64,000 bases of DNA from an uncultured Nitrospiraceae bacterium (GCA_963705105.1 CAVPIW010000014.1:128001-192000); one strand, 5' to 3'. Shown: positions 13,430-23,673, numbered from the stretch's first letter. Notes: generated from the letters alone by a model not told the origin. Made by a program: numbers and translations.

Positions 13430-13813
13430 GTGACAACGAAAACAATACTCATCGCCGAAGATGACCGCCTGAGCCGCGACCTGCTGAAGGAAGCTTTCCG
13501 CGCTTTTGCAGGGCATTGCGCGGTCCGCGTTGCCGGAGACGGCAGCGAGGCTCTCGATATCTTCGGGGCTGCGCGCATCGATGTTCTCCTCACGGACCTC
13601 ATCATGCCCGTCATGGATGGCTTCGAGCTGATCGCAATGGTCAGGGCGAGAGACCGGAGCATCCCGATTTATGTCATGACGAGTTGCTGTATCGACCTGG
13701 CACAGGAACGGCTGAAAGGGCAGGATATCTCCGGCTATTTCCCGAAACCGTACGACGTTCTTGAGATGATCTCCCTGATCACCGGATCCCCCCTTGCCGA
13801 AAGATTGTTTTGA
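13430..13813 (+). CDS. Single-domain (CheY-like) response regulator
   Basis: ILIAEDD, LLTDLIMPVMDG and KP receiver motifs. Confidence 0.9.
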   Translation: MTTKTILIAEDDRLSRDLLKEAFRAFAGHCAVRVAGDGSEALDIFGAARIDVLLTDLIMPVMDGFELIAMVRARDRSIPIYVMTSCCIDLAQERLKGQDISGYFPKPYDVLEMISLITGSPLAERLF

Positions 13814-13942
13814 TCACTATGGAAGGAAAACCGAAGGGGCAACAGCGCCATGAAACAGGCTCCGGCCTCGCGGCGGCAGTCTTCGGTATGCGACGAAATG
13901 GCAATGATTAAGAAGGCAAATAAACAAAAAAGCGGTAAGACA

Positions 13943-14221
13943 ATGACCGACGAGAAGACGCCCGAGCAACTCTGGCGGGAGGTCATGGCGCAACAGCAGA
14001 CTGTCATCGTTCGGCGGATCGTCACGGCCGTCGAGAGCTGCCTCATCGACCTTAATACGGTCCCATCGGAGACGGAAAGAGAGAAGATCTGGCGCATCTG
14101 CAGCAAGCTGGTCGGGTATGACCCGATCAGCAGGGGAGTCAGGACCTCGGCCCTGGACATCTGGAACCGCGTCTATCATGGCGAGTACGGCCCCGCGCCG
14201 GACGACAGAGACCGGCGATAA
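13943..14221 (+). CDS. Hypothetical protein
   Basis: ORF co-oriented with the response regulator with plausible codon usage; start uncertain. Confidence 0.5.
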   Translation: MTDEKTPEQLWREVMAQQQTVIVRRIVTAVESCLIDLNTVPSETEREKIWRICSKLVGYDPISRGVRTSALDIWNRVYHGEYGPAPDDRDRR

Positions 14222-14257
14222 GGCGGCGGTGGGCTGCCAGGCAGTCGCCCCAATCCC

Positions 14258-15112
14258 TTAGAGCTTTTCGGTCTTAAAGGTATTGCACTGGGCGATGTTG
14301 CCCGTCTCTATCCCCCGCCTGAACCATTGGACGCGCTGTGCCGATGTGCCGTGAGTGAAGGAATCGGGAGAGACATAACCGCGGGACTGCTTCTGGAGAC
14401 GGTCATCTCCGATGCTGCTCGCCGCATTGAGGGCCTCCTCGATATCTCCCTGCTCAATGATGTTTCGCGCTTTATGGGCATGGTTTGCCCATACGCCTGC
14501 GAGACAGTCTGCCTGCAGTTCAAGCATCACGGACAGCCTGTTCGCATTTGCCTGGGATGTCCTGCTTTTCATGGCATTGACCTTTTCCGTCACGCCGAGC
14601 AGCGTCTGGACGTGATGACCGACCTCATGGGCGATCACATAGGCCTGGGCGAAATCGCCGGGCGCCCTGAAACGGTTCTTCAGGTCACTGTAAAAACGGA
14701 GATCAATGTACACCTTCTGATCACCGGGGCAGTAGAAGGGTCCGACGGCGCTCTCGGCAAACCCGCATGCCGACTGGACGGCGCCGCTGAACAGAACGAG
14801 CTTCGGCTCCCTGTATGTCTTCCCCATTTGTTTGAAGATACCCTGCCAGGCGTCCTCGGTGTCGGCGAGGACCACAGAGACGAACTCGGCTAAACGATCT
14901 TCCTCGGGGGATGTTCTTCGCTGGGCCTGGTCAGGTGCAACCTGCGTGGGAGGGCCGCCCGATCTCAACAGTATCGAGGGGTCGACTCCGAAGAACAGTG
15001 CGATCAGCACGATAATGACGGTGCCGATGCCACCGCCAAGCATGCCCCGGGAGACACCCATCCCCCGGCGGTCTTCAACGTTGTCACTCCTTCTGCCGTC
15101 TTCCCAGCGCAT
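14258..15112 (-). CDS. Neutral zinc metallopeptidase, YpfJ family
   Basis: MRWEDGRRSDNVEDRR, GPFYCPGD, AHEVGHHVQ, ELQADC and SFTHGTSAQR motifs. Confidence 0.93.
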   Translation of the reverse strand: MRWEDGRRSDNVEDRRGMGVSRGMLGGGIGTVIIVLIALFFGVDPSILLRSGGPPTQVAPDQAQRRTSPEEDRLAEFVSVVLADTEDAWQGIFKQMGKTYREPKLVLFSGAVQSACGFAESAVGPFYCPGDQKVYIDLRFYSDLKNRFRAPGDFAQAYVIAHEVGHHVQTLLGVTEKVNAMKSRTSQANANRLSVMLELQADCLAGVWANHAHKARNIIEQGDIEEALNAASSIGDDRLQKQSRGYVSPDSFTHGTSAQRVQWFRRGIETGNIAQCNTFKTEKL

Positions 15113-15158
15113 CATCCACCTCCTGAGGAATTCCACTATTCTTATTCTTCTATATCTT

Positions 15159-15700
15159 ACCACCCCTGTCCAAAATATTTTGCAGCCGGACTTTGAAAAC
15201 GAGGATAGGGTGTGGTTTCTGAAGCAAAATTCACGGTTGCCTTGTACGAAAAGACGGTGCAAAACGCTCCGAAAAACAGTGTCAGTGTCAGTGTGAGTGT
15301 CCGTAAAAGGTTAATTTTGTTTGATCGTTGGTCTGCAATGGTCTGTACGGGAAGGCAGAGGTTTCGCAGCACCGATGCTTTTCGGCGCATTCGCCCGGTC
15401 TTTCCTGAGATCTCATTGCAGTGATAAGGGTTTACCTTATCGTTGCAATGCGCGCCCGGGAAAGGCGGGGCGTATGCGCCGAAAACCTTGCTGCGGCGAC
15501 ACCTGTATCAAAACGAAAGATGAATTATACGCTAATGGTCGATGACACAAAGAGTGAAATCCTGAAACACGAAGATGACGAGGCGTATCGTCGCCTTCAG
15601 CAAGGCTTTGAGGCGTTTCGCCCCGCCTTTCAATGAAACTATAGGGTTTATTTTGCGAAGAAAACATGCCCTATCCTCGTATTGCGTTATTTTGGACACC
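15159..15700. repeat. Family C element interrupted by two oppositely oriented family A elements (15240-15429 reverse, 15435-15646 forward)
   Basis: C left arm at 15159-15230 and right arm at 15647-15700 match the intact 13011-13137 copy; the interior consists of two A copies. Confidence 0.85.
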
Positions 15701-15764
15701 TGGATCTTACATCACTCCCGTCCGCTATAACTTGCAGGCAATCCTTTCGAACGATGTCGCACGT

Positions 15765-17864
15765 CTACTCCGCCAGTATCCATATCGGGTTCGTCATGCA
15801 CCGGAAGAGCGCCTCGCCCGTTTTCGGGTCAATACGCGAAGAACCCTCCATGCGAAGGTACGACGGACCGGACGGCCATTTCGTGAATGCAAATGTCGTT
15901 GATCCGTTGAATGCGCCGGCCTGCCTGCAAAGCACCGGGAGACCTACGACGCCGGATAGGTCCTCTTCTCCCTCAGCCGTTCCCCGAAGGAGTCGCATCT
16001 CCCCGATGCGGCCGAACTCCGCCGTGCTGCACCATTCGATGAGCAGCTCTAACCTTTCCCCTGCTTTCAGACTGAGGGTGTCTCCAAACCTGCAAACCCC
16101 GTCCTGTCCCTTTTTCCTGATCGAGAAGAGAACGACAGGCCCGTCGGTCAGCAGAGTTCGGCCTGTTTTCAAGGCATCGAGCAGCATCGGCTCCTTAAGG
16201 CCCTCGCGGTTCTTTCCTGGCAGGTGTGCAAGGGTACGCACCTTGCCGAAGGCGTTGTCGTAAAGGTAATGGATCAGGAAAGCCGGGTGGGGACGAAAAG
16301 AGCAGTTGAAGTCCATGTGCGCATCCGAACCGGCGAGGATGAAGTACTTTGTCAGTTCCCTCGTCCTTTCATAGTCCCGCAACGGCGGAAGCAGCAATCT
16401 TTCGACCCAGTGATTGAGCACACCCTCTTCGAGTTCCCCCGCCCAGGGAGACCGTCTCTTACATTTCTTCATTATATCAAATGGATCGAGATATTCTCTG
16501 TCAATGGATGATTCGGTTTTGCACCCAAAGAGGACCTTTTCATTGAACACCTGAAGACCCCGGAAGACTTCCTTATACCGGGGCTTGGAAGCAACGGCGT
16601 AATCCTCATCCTTCCAGACATACCCCTCCGAGGAGGGGTGCGCGGCGTAGACAAAGCCCCCCCTCTCACGGCAACCTTCGAGGAGATGTTCGAGCACCTC
16701 TTCCAGGGGAAAGGTCCCGAATCCGGCGGGGTGAGTGTCCTCGATGAACGGGTTGTTGAAAGACAGGAGATGCAGGCCCAGGAGATATTGCCTGACCGTG
16801 ACCTCCTCGGCGGCAACGAGCAGGACATCAGGGTATCGGTCATTCGTCCCGCTGACGGCCTTTTGGTATGAGAGCCATCTGTTGCCCACATCCTCTTCTT
16901 CAGGCGTCTTCGGGTGACTCAGACAATAGGAATGATCCGTGACGGTCACCCAGGAAAGGCCGGTGGCCCGCGCCACCTCGGCCGTCATGGAGAGGGGCCC
17001 CCCATATTCGTAGGGATTGTCGGTGAAATCGGAGTGGTAGTGCGTATCCCCGTAATACCACTCATCGACGATGGGCAGGTTGCTGTCCGGCACGAGGGTG
17101 TGAAGGACAAAGTGCCTCCGTCTTCCCCAGCCGAGGATGCCCGTTGTGAAATCGATGACAACGGCATACTTTACATACCTCGTCTTGCCATAACCGGGAT
17201 AGTTACCCTGGATAACAGAGAGTTTCGCCCTGTCGATCAGGATCACCCGGTACCAGGGATCGGTCCTGACGGTTTCATGTCTTCTGCCGTCATCGAACCT
17301 CAGGACGGCCGGTCTTCCGTCCTCTTCGACATCCCGTCCGTCACTGTCATAAACCCTGATGATGCCGCCGGCCGGTATCGGTTCGGGCATGATGTCCGGA
17401 TCAGCCCCGTAGGCATGCAGAGAGACAGACGCGAATCTGACCGATTCCGCCTCGACATCCTTGAGATACACGATGACGGGAAGATATTCAGAGTTTTTTT
17501 CCAGCCGGTATGGCGCGTCGACGACGAGGTCCATGGCAGAGGTATTCGGCTGCTTCGTCGCCTTCCTGCGCAGAAACTCGTATTCGAATGAGTCTTCTCT
17601 CAGTTCAATCCGGGGCTCTTTTATAATCGCCTCCCCGCTGTGCGCATCCCGCACGGTGAGGGCATAAACCCCCTTGGGCATCTGATCAAACTCGATGTAG
17701 CACAGGCCGTCCCGCTCCTTCAGCAGACTGCTGTTTTCCGCAAAAAACTGAATGATCCTGTTCGTGCCCTTCCTCCGGAGCTCAATGACCACGGGTTTCC
17801 AGTAGCGACCGATTTCCTTCCTGCTGACCCCGAACAGGAGCCGTATCACGCCGTTCTTTCCCAT
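15765..17864 (-). CDS. Large PHP-domain metallohydrolase (CehA/McbA-like) with long N-terminal extension
   Basis: PHP motifs GDTHYHS, VTDH, AAHP and GSDAH; GGAGG RBS before ATG 17864. Confidence 0.75.
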   Translation of the reverse strand: MGKNGVIRLLFGVSRKEIGRYWKPVVIELRRKGTNRIIQFFAENSSLLKERDGLCYIEFDQMPKGVYALTVRDAHSGEAIIKEPRIELREDSFEYEFLRRKATKQPNTSAMDLVVDAPYRLEKNSEYLPVIVYLKDVEAESVRFASVSLHAYGADPDIMPEPIPAGGIIRVYDSDGRDVEEDGRPAVLRFDDGRRHETVRTDPWYRVILIDRAKLSVIQGNYPGYGKTRYVKYAVVIDFTTGILGWGRRRHFVLHTLVPDSNLPIVDEWYYGDTHYHSDFTDNPYEYGGPLSMTAEVARATGLSWVTVTDHSYCLSHPKTPEEEDVGNRWLSYQKAVSGTNDRYPDVLLVAAEEVTVRQYLLGLHLLSFNNPFIEDTHPAGFGTFPLEEVLEHLLEGCRERGGFVYAAHPSSEGYVWKDEDYAVASKPRYKEVFRGLQVFNEKVLFGCKTESSIDREYLDPFDIMKKCKRRSPWAGELEEGVLNHWVERLLLPPLRDYERTRELTKYFILAGSDAHMDFNCSFRPHPAFLIHYLYDNAFGKVRTLAHLPGKNREGLKEPMLLDALKTGRTLLTDGPVVLFSIRKKGQDGVCRFGDTLSLKAGERLELLIEWCSTAEFGRIGEMRLLRGTAEGEEDLSGVVGLPVLCRQAGAFNGSTTFAFTKWPSGPSYLRMEGSSRIDPKTGEALFRCMTNPIWILAE

Positions 17865-18072
17865 AGTGTTCCTCCGCTCACCTGATGACTGATGGAAAGA
17901 AGATTTGCCCGTCATCCCTATAGCCTTGCTCAGGCCGGGCTTCAGTGTCCTACTCAAAATATAGGGGAAAACAGGGAAGATGTCCACATGTTTCGTCATG
18001 AAGAACCACCACTGACGTTCGCCGCAAGCTTTCCATCAGGACAATCGTTTTTATCGCTTCGGGCGGATTTTA

Positions 18073-18261
18073 CCGTATCGTTGCATAGGCCCGACAGAAA
18101 GGCGGGGTGTAGGCGTCGAAAACCTTGATGCGGCGACACCATAAACGTCACAGAAGATAAGGTTTCAAGCTGATGTCTGAAAAAGTGATCCCTTTACTGA
18201 CACTCACACTGTCACTGACACTGTCTTTCAGAGGCGCTTCGCCCCGCATCTTCACGCAAGG
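18073..18261 (+). repeat. Family A element, hexamer-repeat (A2) type
   Basis: CCGTATCGTTGCA...AAAGGCGGGG left end; CTGACACTCACACTGTCACTGACACTG tract; GCGCTTCGCCCCGC right end. Confidence 0.9.
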
Positions 18262-18262
18262 T

Positions 18263-18774
18263 TTATGCTGACGGTGAGGGGCGGCGCCGGAAATGAACAA
18301 CGAACACCATCAGCAGGACAGTCACCGCCAAAAGAAACAGGATCAATCCTGCGACGAACAAGGGGGGGAAAAGCGCGGGGGCTGCAACTGATTAGCCCGA
18401 ACAACCAGCCAATGGACAAAGCAAAGAAAGGCTGTCAGCAGCGCCGAGAGATACATGCCGTGACCGTGGATGAAGGCAAATGTTTCGTCTCTTCGCTCGG
18501 GAGCGAGCCAGTATTCACGGTTCGGCAGACTGAAATATCGCGGCGGGACGAAGCGCACAGAACTGAGACCAAGCGCCAGAAGAAGCGGCACGGCCACCGT
18601 GATGAACAACATGAGTCCAAGATAGGCGGTCCGCGGCATGAAACCGTCAGGCCTTCCGGAGGCGGCGAAGTGGGATGCCACGACGGGCGGAAGCGACCGG
18701 CCGGACAGCAGTATGAAGACAGCCGCGATCGCCAGCAGCACAACAAGAGCAGGGAATGAGGATGAACGATTCAT
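18263..18774 (-). CDS. DUF1648-like membrane protein (apparent frameshift in G7 run 18362-18368)
   Basis: LPPVVASHFAASGRPDGF and SLPNREYWL motifs; the last hydrophobic helix (LFVAGLILFLLAV..) is in a shifted frame ending at TAA 18263-18265. Confidence 0.7.
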
Positions 18775-18825
18775 AAAACCTCTATCGCCTTCTCGAAGCC
18801 GCTCAGGGTTCGGAGCATATGAACG

Positions 18826-19914
18826 TCAGGCCTTCCTGCTCAGAACGGCAAAATAGCCGTAACACGGATCCGGTATGATACATTCATAGATCGACCTTTT
18901 CTCTTCGACAAACTCATCAACTGCAGTCTTTGCGCCGGTGGAGAAGAAGTCATAATCATCGACGATTATTACGGCTCCTCTTTGGGTTACACGATGGAGA
19001 AAGTCCAGAGCGACCTTTATCGGTTCGTAGAAATCGAAATCCACATAGGCGAAGCATACCTCCCCGGGCATGTCCTTATCCTCATGAATCAGCTGTTCAA
19101 TGAACCCTTTATGAATGACGTACCTCGACGTGGGAAAAGATACGGCATTCAAGCGGCCCCGGACCATATCCTCGGGAAAGGACATTGTTCCGGCATAGGC
19201 TTCAATGCTCCCCAAGCAAAACATATCGTCTTTTAACTGGTCCTTGTCAGAAGGTTTAGGCAGTCCTTCAAAGGAATCAAACAGGTGAAGGCGCTTGCTG
19301 TGGTATGGCGCTATTTCATTGGCTATCAACGCGGAAGTCTCTCCCTGAGCCACACCGAATTCGCAGACATCGCCGGGCGTATCTTTGCATTTGCACAACG
19401 CCTGCACGATAAAGTACGCTTCCGATGGCGGTGTCCCCAGGAGCCGGGCGAGCAATTTGGGCCGAATTTCATTGGGAACTATGAGTTCATCACTACCGTT
19501 GAAACATTGCTCATACTCTGCCGCGAGTTTCACGAAGTCTTCAAAACGCACTTCCGGAGTCGCTGTCCTGCTCATGGAGTGCCTGATCTGGTAGCTGAGA
19601 GCTTCCAGGAGGTACACGGCGTTTTCAAAGCACACGCCCGGCGACGCCGTCCTGTTCGCGGAACGCCTCAGCTCATAGCCGCGCTCTTCAAGCGCCTTCT
19701 TAATCGCATTCTTTACAATTCTTATCGGGGTTTCTTTCCAGGACGTGGGACGTACCCCGAGTCGTCTCAGCTCATAGCTAAAAGCTCCTATGAGGTTCAC
19801 GACGTTTTCAAAGCGCACCGGCACATCCGGCGAAGCCGTCCCGCTCATGGAACGTCTTATCTCATAGCCAAGAGCTTCCAGTGCTCTTATAATTGCATTC
19901 TTCACAATTCTCAT
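18826..19914 (-). CDS. TylF/MycF family O-methyltransferase with repeated N-terminal extension
   Basis: GDVCEFGVAQG, FDSFEGLP, YVDFDFYEP and IIVDDY motifs. Confidence 0.88.
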   Translation of the reverse strand: MRIVKNAIIRALEALGYEIRRSMSGTASPDVPVRFENVVNLIGAFSYELRRLGVRPTSWKETPIRIVKNAIKKALEERGYELRRSANRTASPGVCFENAVYLLEALSYQIRHSMSRTATPEVRFEDFVKLAAEYEQCFNGSDELIVPNEIRPKLLARLLGTPPSEAYFIVQALCKCKDTPGDVCEFGVAQGETSALIANEIAPYHSKRLHLFDSFEGLPKPSDKDQLKDDMFCLGSIEAYAGTMSFPEDMVRGRLNAVSFPTSRYVIHKGFIEQLIHEDKDMPGEVCFAYVDFDFYEPIKVALDFLHRVTQRGAVIIVDDYDFFSTGAKTAVDEFVEEKRSIYECIIPDPCYGYFAVLSRKA

Positions 19915-19961
19915 CGGGTTTCCTTGAAATCATATTTCTGCTGCCGATGGTCTTTTACAAC

Positions 19962-19990
19962 ATCTTAGCCGAAAAAAGGGGGGCCGTCAA
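19962..19990 (-). promoter_or_regulatory. Putative sigma70 promoter for the TylF gene
   Basis: Minus strand TTGACG-17 bp-TAAGAT. Confidence 0.6.
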
Positions 19991-20072
19991 GAAAATCATC
20001 CGGAAATTAGAGGGCTTTCGGCATAGAGTCGTGTCCTTCCATCGTCTGCCCTGCTCTATTCGAATGGTAAAT

Positions 20073-20726
20073 TCAGGGCGTGAACCGACCCAGGACCTTG
20101 CCCTGACCGCTTTTTTCCATGCGAAAAATGATGATTTCTCCCGACGAAGGAAACACACCGGTCAGGGCCGTGATATTTACTTGATGAGTCACAAATATTA
20201 CCGCTTCCTGCCGATGAAAGGTCGAGAGAAAAGCGCGCATTTTCCCGGTTTGTTCCGGCTCCCTGGCCGGTTCATGAAAAAAGGAGTTAAGGGCCGGCAG
20301 CTCTTCCACAGGTCCAAGTCCCAGGAGGCGGGCGGTTTCCAGGCAGCGGCACCACTGGCTGGAATAGACCAGAGCCTCCCTGATTCCCCGGGCACGAAAA
20401 AAGTCGCCGATCCGGCGGGACTGGATGCGGCCCTTTTCAGAAAGATTGCGCTGTGTGGAACAGTCTTGCAGCGTGAACCCCGGCGGATCACCCGTGCCCG
20501 GCGCGTTGGCGTGCCGGACAAGAGCCACGGCATCTCCCTTTTGGAGTGCCTGCCAGGTCTTTTCAGGGGATTGTGATGCCGAAGCGCTCACGCCGCCGAT
20601 TAAAAGCAGCACGAGGAAATATCCAGCAAAGAATGTTGCTGAAAGACAAATCGGTGCAGGTCGGGCGGAATACACAGAACGCATTTTTAATCGCACTACA
20701 AAGCTCATGGCATCTATCTTTCCCAT
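20073..20726 (-). CDS. Exported histidine phosphatase (phosphoglycerate mutase superfamily)
   Basis: LVRHA, SSQWCRCLETA and VTHQ motifs; hydrophobic N-terminal segment; start uncertain. Confidence 0.85.
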   Translation of the reverse strand: MGKIDAMSFVVRLKMRSVYSARPAPICLSATFFAGYFLVLLLIGGVSASASQSPEKTWQALQKGDAVALVRHANAPGTGDPPGFTLQDCSTQRNLSEKGRIQSRRIGDFFRARGIREALVYSSQWCRCLETARLLGLGPVEELPALNSFFHEPAREPEQTGKMRAFLSTFHRQEAVIFVTHQVNITALTGVFPSSGEIIIFRMEKSGQGKVLGRFTP

Positions 20727-21196
20727 TCCCCGATTTTATCAAAAACTATACCCGGCATGCCATGACAGGCCTTCCCGTTAGTACAGAGATACTCGATCTG
20801 TCCGAACCGTTCGCCTATGCCGGAAAAGACAACCATGATCGTGCCGGCCCTGTCATTTGTGTTGACGGCGACAATTACATTCTCAATTTCGTCAACAGGC
20901 GCTCTGTTGGATGGAACACCTTCAATAATCAAATATCCGTCAACGAGATTTATCGGTGTCAGCAGTCCGGAATCCTTCAATAGCCTTTTGAAATTCCGGC
21001 TACCCAATAACTTTGATAAAGACCGGCGGATTTCCGGCAGGGCAAAGAAATTGGTCTCAGGTTTGGTGGTGTAATCAAGAGGATACTTATTCGCCCATTT
21101 CTCCAAATGTTTATATTTGCCCTCGGCAAAGGCGGTGCTGCTGCAGCAAAGCACAAAAAGGAGAGGAAGCATCATGCGCAGACGTTTCATATTCAT
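20714..21196 (-). CDS. Hypothetical exported protein
   Basis: Signal peptide MKRLRMMLPLLFVLCCSSTAFA; lower GC; preceded by a sigma70-like promoter. Confidence 0.6.
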   Translation of the reverse strand: MNMKRLRMMLPLLFVLCCSSTAFAEGKYKHLEKWANKYPLDYTTKPETNFFALPEIRRSLSKLLGSRNFKRLLKDSGLLTPINLVDGYLIIEGVPSNRAPVDEIENVIVAVNTNDRAGTIMVVFSGIGERFGQIEYLCTNGKACHGMPGIVFDKIGEWER

Positions 21197-21256
21197 GTTC
21201 CCACAATTAATTTCCAGCAATGCCCCATCTCCGGGCGGTCGAAAGCTTTATTCATA

Positions 21257-21285
21257 ATCATAAAAGAAATGAGAGGGACCGTCAA
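21257..21285 (-). promoter_or_regulatory. Putative sigma70 promoter
   Basis: Minus strand TTGACG-17 bp-TATGAT. Confidence 0.6.
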
Positions 21286-21530
21286 GGAAAATGCCCCAAA
21301 ATATGAAGACTTTCGTCACCGGGAAGCTGTTTTATATTCTCTTTTACCGAAATATTGACGAATTGGCGAAAGCATATGAACGCAGGCGGGCTGCGGAGAC
21401 ATGTTGTGCGCGACTCATTTTTTCGACGGTTGACTTCAAAATGCTACGGGGATTCAGTGCGTTATGAGGGCTCCAGGAGAGTTTGGCACTTCGGCCGCGA
21501 CTATGTCGGATCATCGCAGGCAGAACTTGA

Positions 21531-21720
21531 CCTTATCGTTGCAATACACTCCCGGGAAAGGCGGGGCGTATGCGCCGAAAACCTTGCTGCGGCGACTCCG
21601 TAACCCTCACAGAAGACGACCTTTCAAGCCTATGGTCGAAAAAGTGAGCTTTATTACTGACACTCACACTGACACGGACACTGTTTTTCAGAGCGCTTCG
21701 CCCCGCCTTTCAATGCAACG
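21531..21720 (+). repeat. Family A element, A2 type
   Basis: Same termini and hexamer tract as the 18073 and 33177 copies. Confidence 0.9.
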
Positions 21721-21730
21721 ACAACATTGA

Positions 21731-21746
21731 TGTTCCACGTGGAACA
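21731..21746. other. parS centromere-like site
   Basis: Perfect palindrome TGTTCCACGTGGAACA matching the bacterial parS consensus TGTTNCACGTGNAACA, close to dnaA. Confidence 0.85.
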
Positions 21747-21957
21747 TCAAAGGACCGCACCCACCAGGCATGTATCGAATCGATTTCTCATCCTTACGTT
21801 CTTTGCGATTTTGCGTGAGACTGAAGGCGCTGCTTTGTGATTCATTCCTAAATGCGCTGCAGAAAAGTTTTTCCTCTGCCCGCCGATAATGTATATAAAC
21901 CTTAACGTTATCGCAGTCAGAACAAAGAGAAGCAACCCTGCTCGGAGGAAGTTTTTC

Positions 21958-23649
21958 ATGAAAAGAACATCTGCTCATAATAGAATTGCCCGGCTGTTTC
22001 CCGGCCTGTATATCATCACGATTATCCTGCTTCTGTCGGCATGCCTGCCCCGCTCCCTCGGGGCAAGCAGTGATCCCATGGTTGAGATCGTTGTCTCAAA
22101 GGGCGATGCTCTCATCAAAATCGCCCGGAGCTATCTCGATGTTCCGTCAGGCTGGAAAGAGGTCGCCCGGATCAATCAACTGCGCAATCCCCACCTTCTA
22201 TACCCCGGCCAGCGGCTCCTCGTCCCCGCCAGGCTCCTCCGTGGCACGCCCATGAGCGGCACACTGACCAACGTGAAAGGTCATGTTGAGATGCGGCTGG
22301 GTAACAGCGACACATGGCAACCCACAACTGCGAACGAACGGATTCCTGAAGGGAGCTTCATCAGGACCGGGCAGGATAGCGCCGCAGAGATCACCTTTGA
22401 CAACGGGGAAAAACTGTCGATGCGGGAACTGACCCATGTTGGCCTGGAGACCTCCCGCGATAAAGGGGATATCCTGACTTTCCGGAGATTTTTCCTCGGT
22501 AGCGGCAAGGTCGTCGACAGGGTCATGAAAGCTACGGGCAAGGAGAACCGTACGGAGATCAGGACCCCCTCGGCAACCTGCGCCGTCAGAGGGACGGTTT
22601 TCCGGGGTTCCGTCGACGCGGGGCAGACGTCACGCTTCGAGGTTCTCGACGGCTCTGTCGACATCATGACCGGTCGCCAAAAGATACCGGTTGCACAAGG
22701 CGAAGGAATCATCGTGAGGAAGGGTGAGTACCCGGACCGGCCGATTATGCTCCTGCCGCCGCCGGTGTTAATGGAGAAGAGGGACATGTTCAAAGCTCTC
22801 CCCCTCCATCTCGTTTTCAGACAGGTGGACGGCGCGGTGGGCTACCGGCTCGTCGTGTCGAGGGCCGGGGCCGGTCAGGCCGTGGCGGCCGAGAAAATGG
22901 CCGGTCCTGATGCCTCTTTCAAAGTAGACGGCATTGACGACGGAACGTACACCATAGAAAGCAGCAGTATCGACGAAATCGGTCTTGAGGGTCTGCCTTC
23001 GGAACCGGTGCCGATCAAGGTGAGGGTAAACCCCGTTCCTCCCTACGTCGAATCGCCGGCAGCCGGGGCTGAGTACGCCCCCGGAAAGCTGACCGCACGG
23101 TGGCTCAATGTCTCCAATGCCGCCGCCTATCGCTTTCAGATAGCGGAGGACCCGGCATTCCGGAAGATCATCGAAGACCGGGGACCGGTACGCGGCACCT
23201 CGCACGTGCCGGGCAATCTCGAACCCGGGAACTACCATTTCAGGGTCTGCTCGGTCGCAAAGGACGGGTACGAAGGGGCCTGGTCCGACCCCGTACAATT
23301 CACCATACTCCCGCCTCCCCCGGCGCCGTCCATCGATCCGCCGGAGACGGACGGGCGGACGATCAGGCTGCGCTGGCAGCGCCTCCCCGACAGGATCACG
23401 TACCACTTTCAAATGTCGCGCCATGAGGACTTCAGCGTCGTCATCATGGACGAACGTATCTCCGAGCCGGAAATTTCCTTTGTGCGGCCTGAAGAGGCGG
23501 GAACATACTTCGTGAGGACCAGCGCGATAGCCCCAGGGGACAATGAAGGCAGCTTTTCGAGTCCCCAGTCCTTCATCGTCGAGAGGAAGCCCTACGCGAT
23601 TTACGGCATCCTGGGGGCACTTTTCATCCTCCTCCTGACGGCGCTCTGA
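21958..23649 (+). CDS. LysM + FecR + fibronectin-III-like periplasmic/membrane-anchored protein
   Basis: LysM (VSKGDAL...NQLRNPHLLYPGQRLLVP), FecR (IRTG..SAAEI..TPSATCAVRGTVF..VLDGSV), three beta-sandwich repeats, C-terminal hydrophobic helix. Confidence 0.85.
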   Translation: MKRTSAHNRIARLFPGLYIITIILLLSACLPRSLGASSDPMVEIVVSKGDALIKIARSYLDVPSGWKEVARINQLRNPHLLYPGQRLLVPARLLRGTPMSGTLTNVKGHVEMRLGNSDTWQPTTANERIPEGSFIRTGQDSAAEITFDNGEKLSMRELTHVGLETSRDKGDILTFRRFFLGSGKVVDRVMKATGKENRTEIRTPSATCAVRGTVFRGSVDAGQTSRFEVLDGSVDIMTGRQKIPVAQGEGIIVRKGEYPDRPIMLLPPPVLMEKRDMFKALPLHLVFRQVDGAVGYRLVVSRAGAGQAVAAEKMAGPDASFKVDGIDDGTYTIESSSIDEIGLEGLPSEPVPIKVRVNPVPPYVESPAAGAEYAPGKLTARWLNVSNAAAYRFQIAEDPAFRKIIEDRGPVRGTSHVPGNLEPGNYHFRVCSVAKDGYEGAWSDPVQFTILPPPPAPSIDPPETDGRTIRLRWQRLPDRITYHFQMSRHEDFSVVIMDERISEPEISFVRPEEAGTYFVRTSAIAPGDNEGSFSSPQSFIVERKPYAIYGILGALFILLLTAL

Positions 23650-23673
23650 TCCGGCACAGCCTTGCTCTGAACC

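Noticed and set aside
18263..21220. Integron cassette array of co-oriented lower-GC genes
   Set aside because: No attC-like RYYYAAC...GTTRRRY structures or integron integrase recognised, and the genes have their own promoters.
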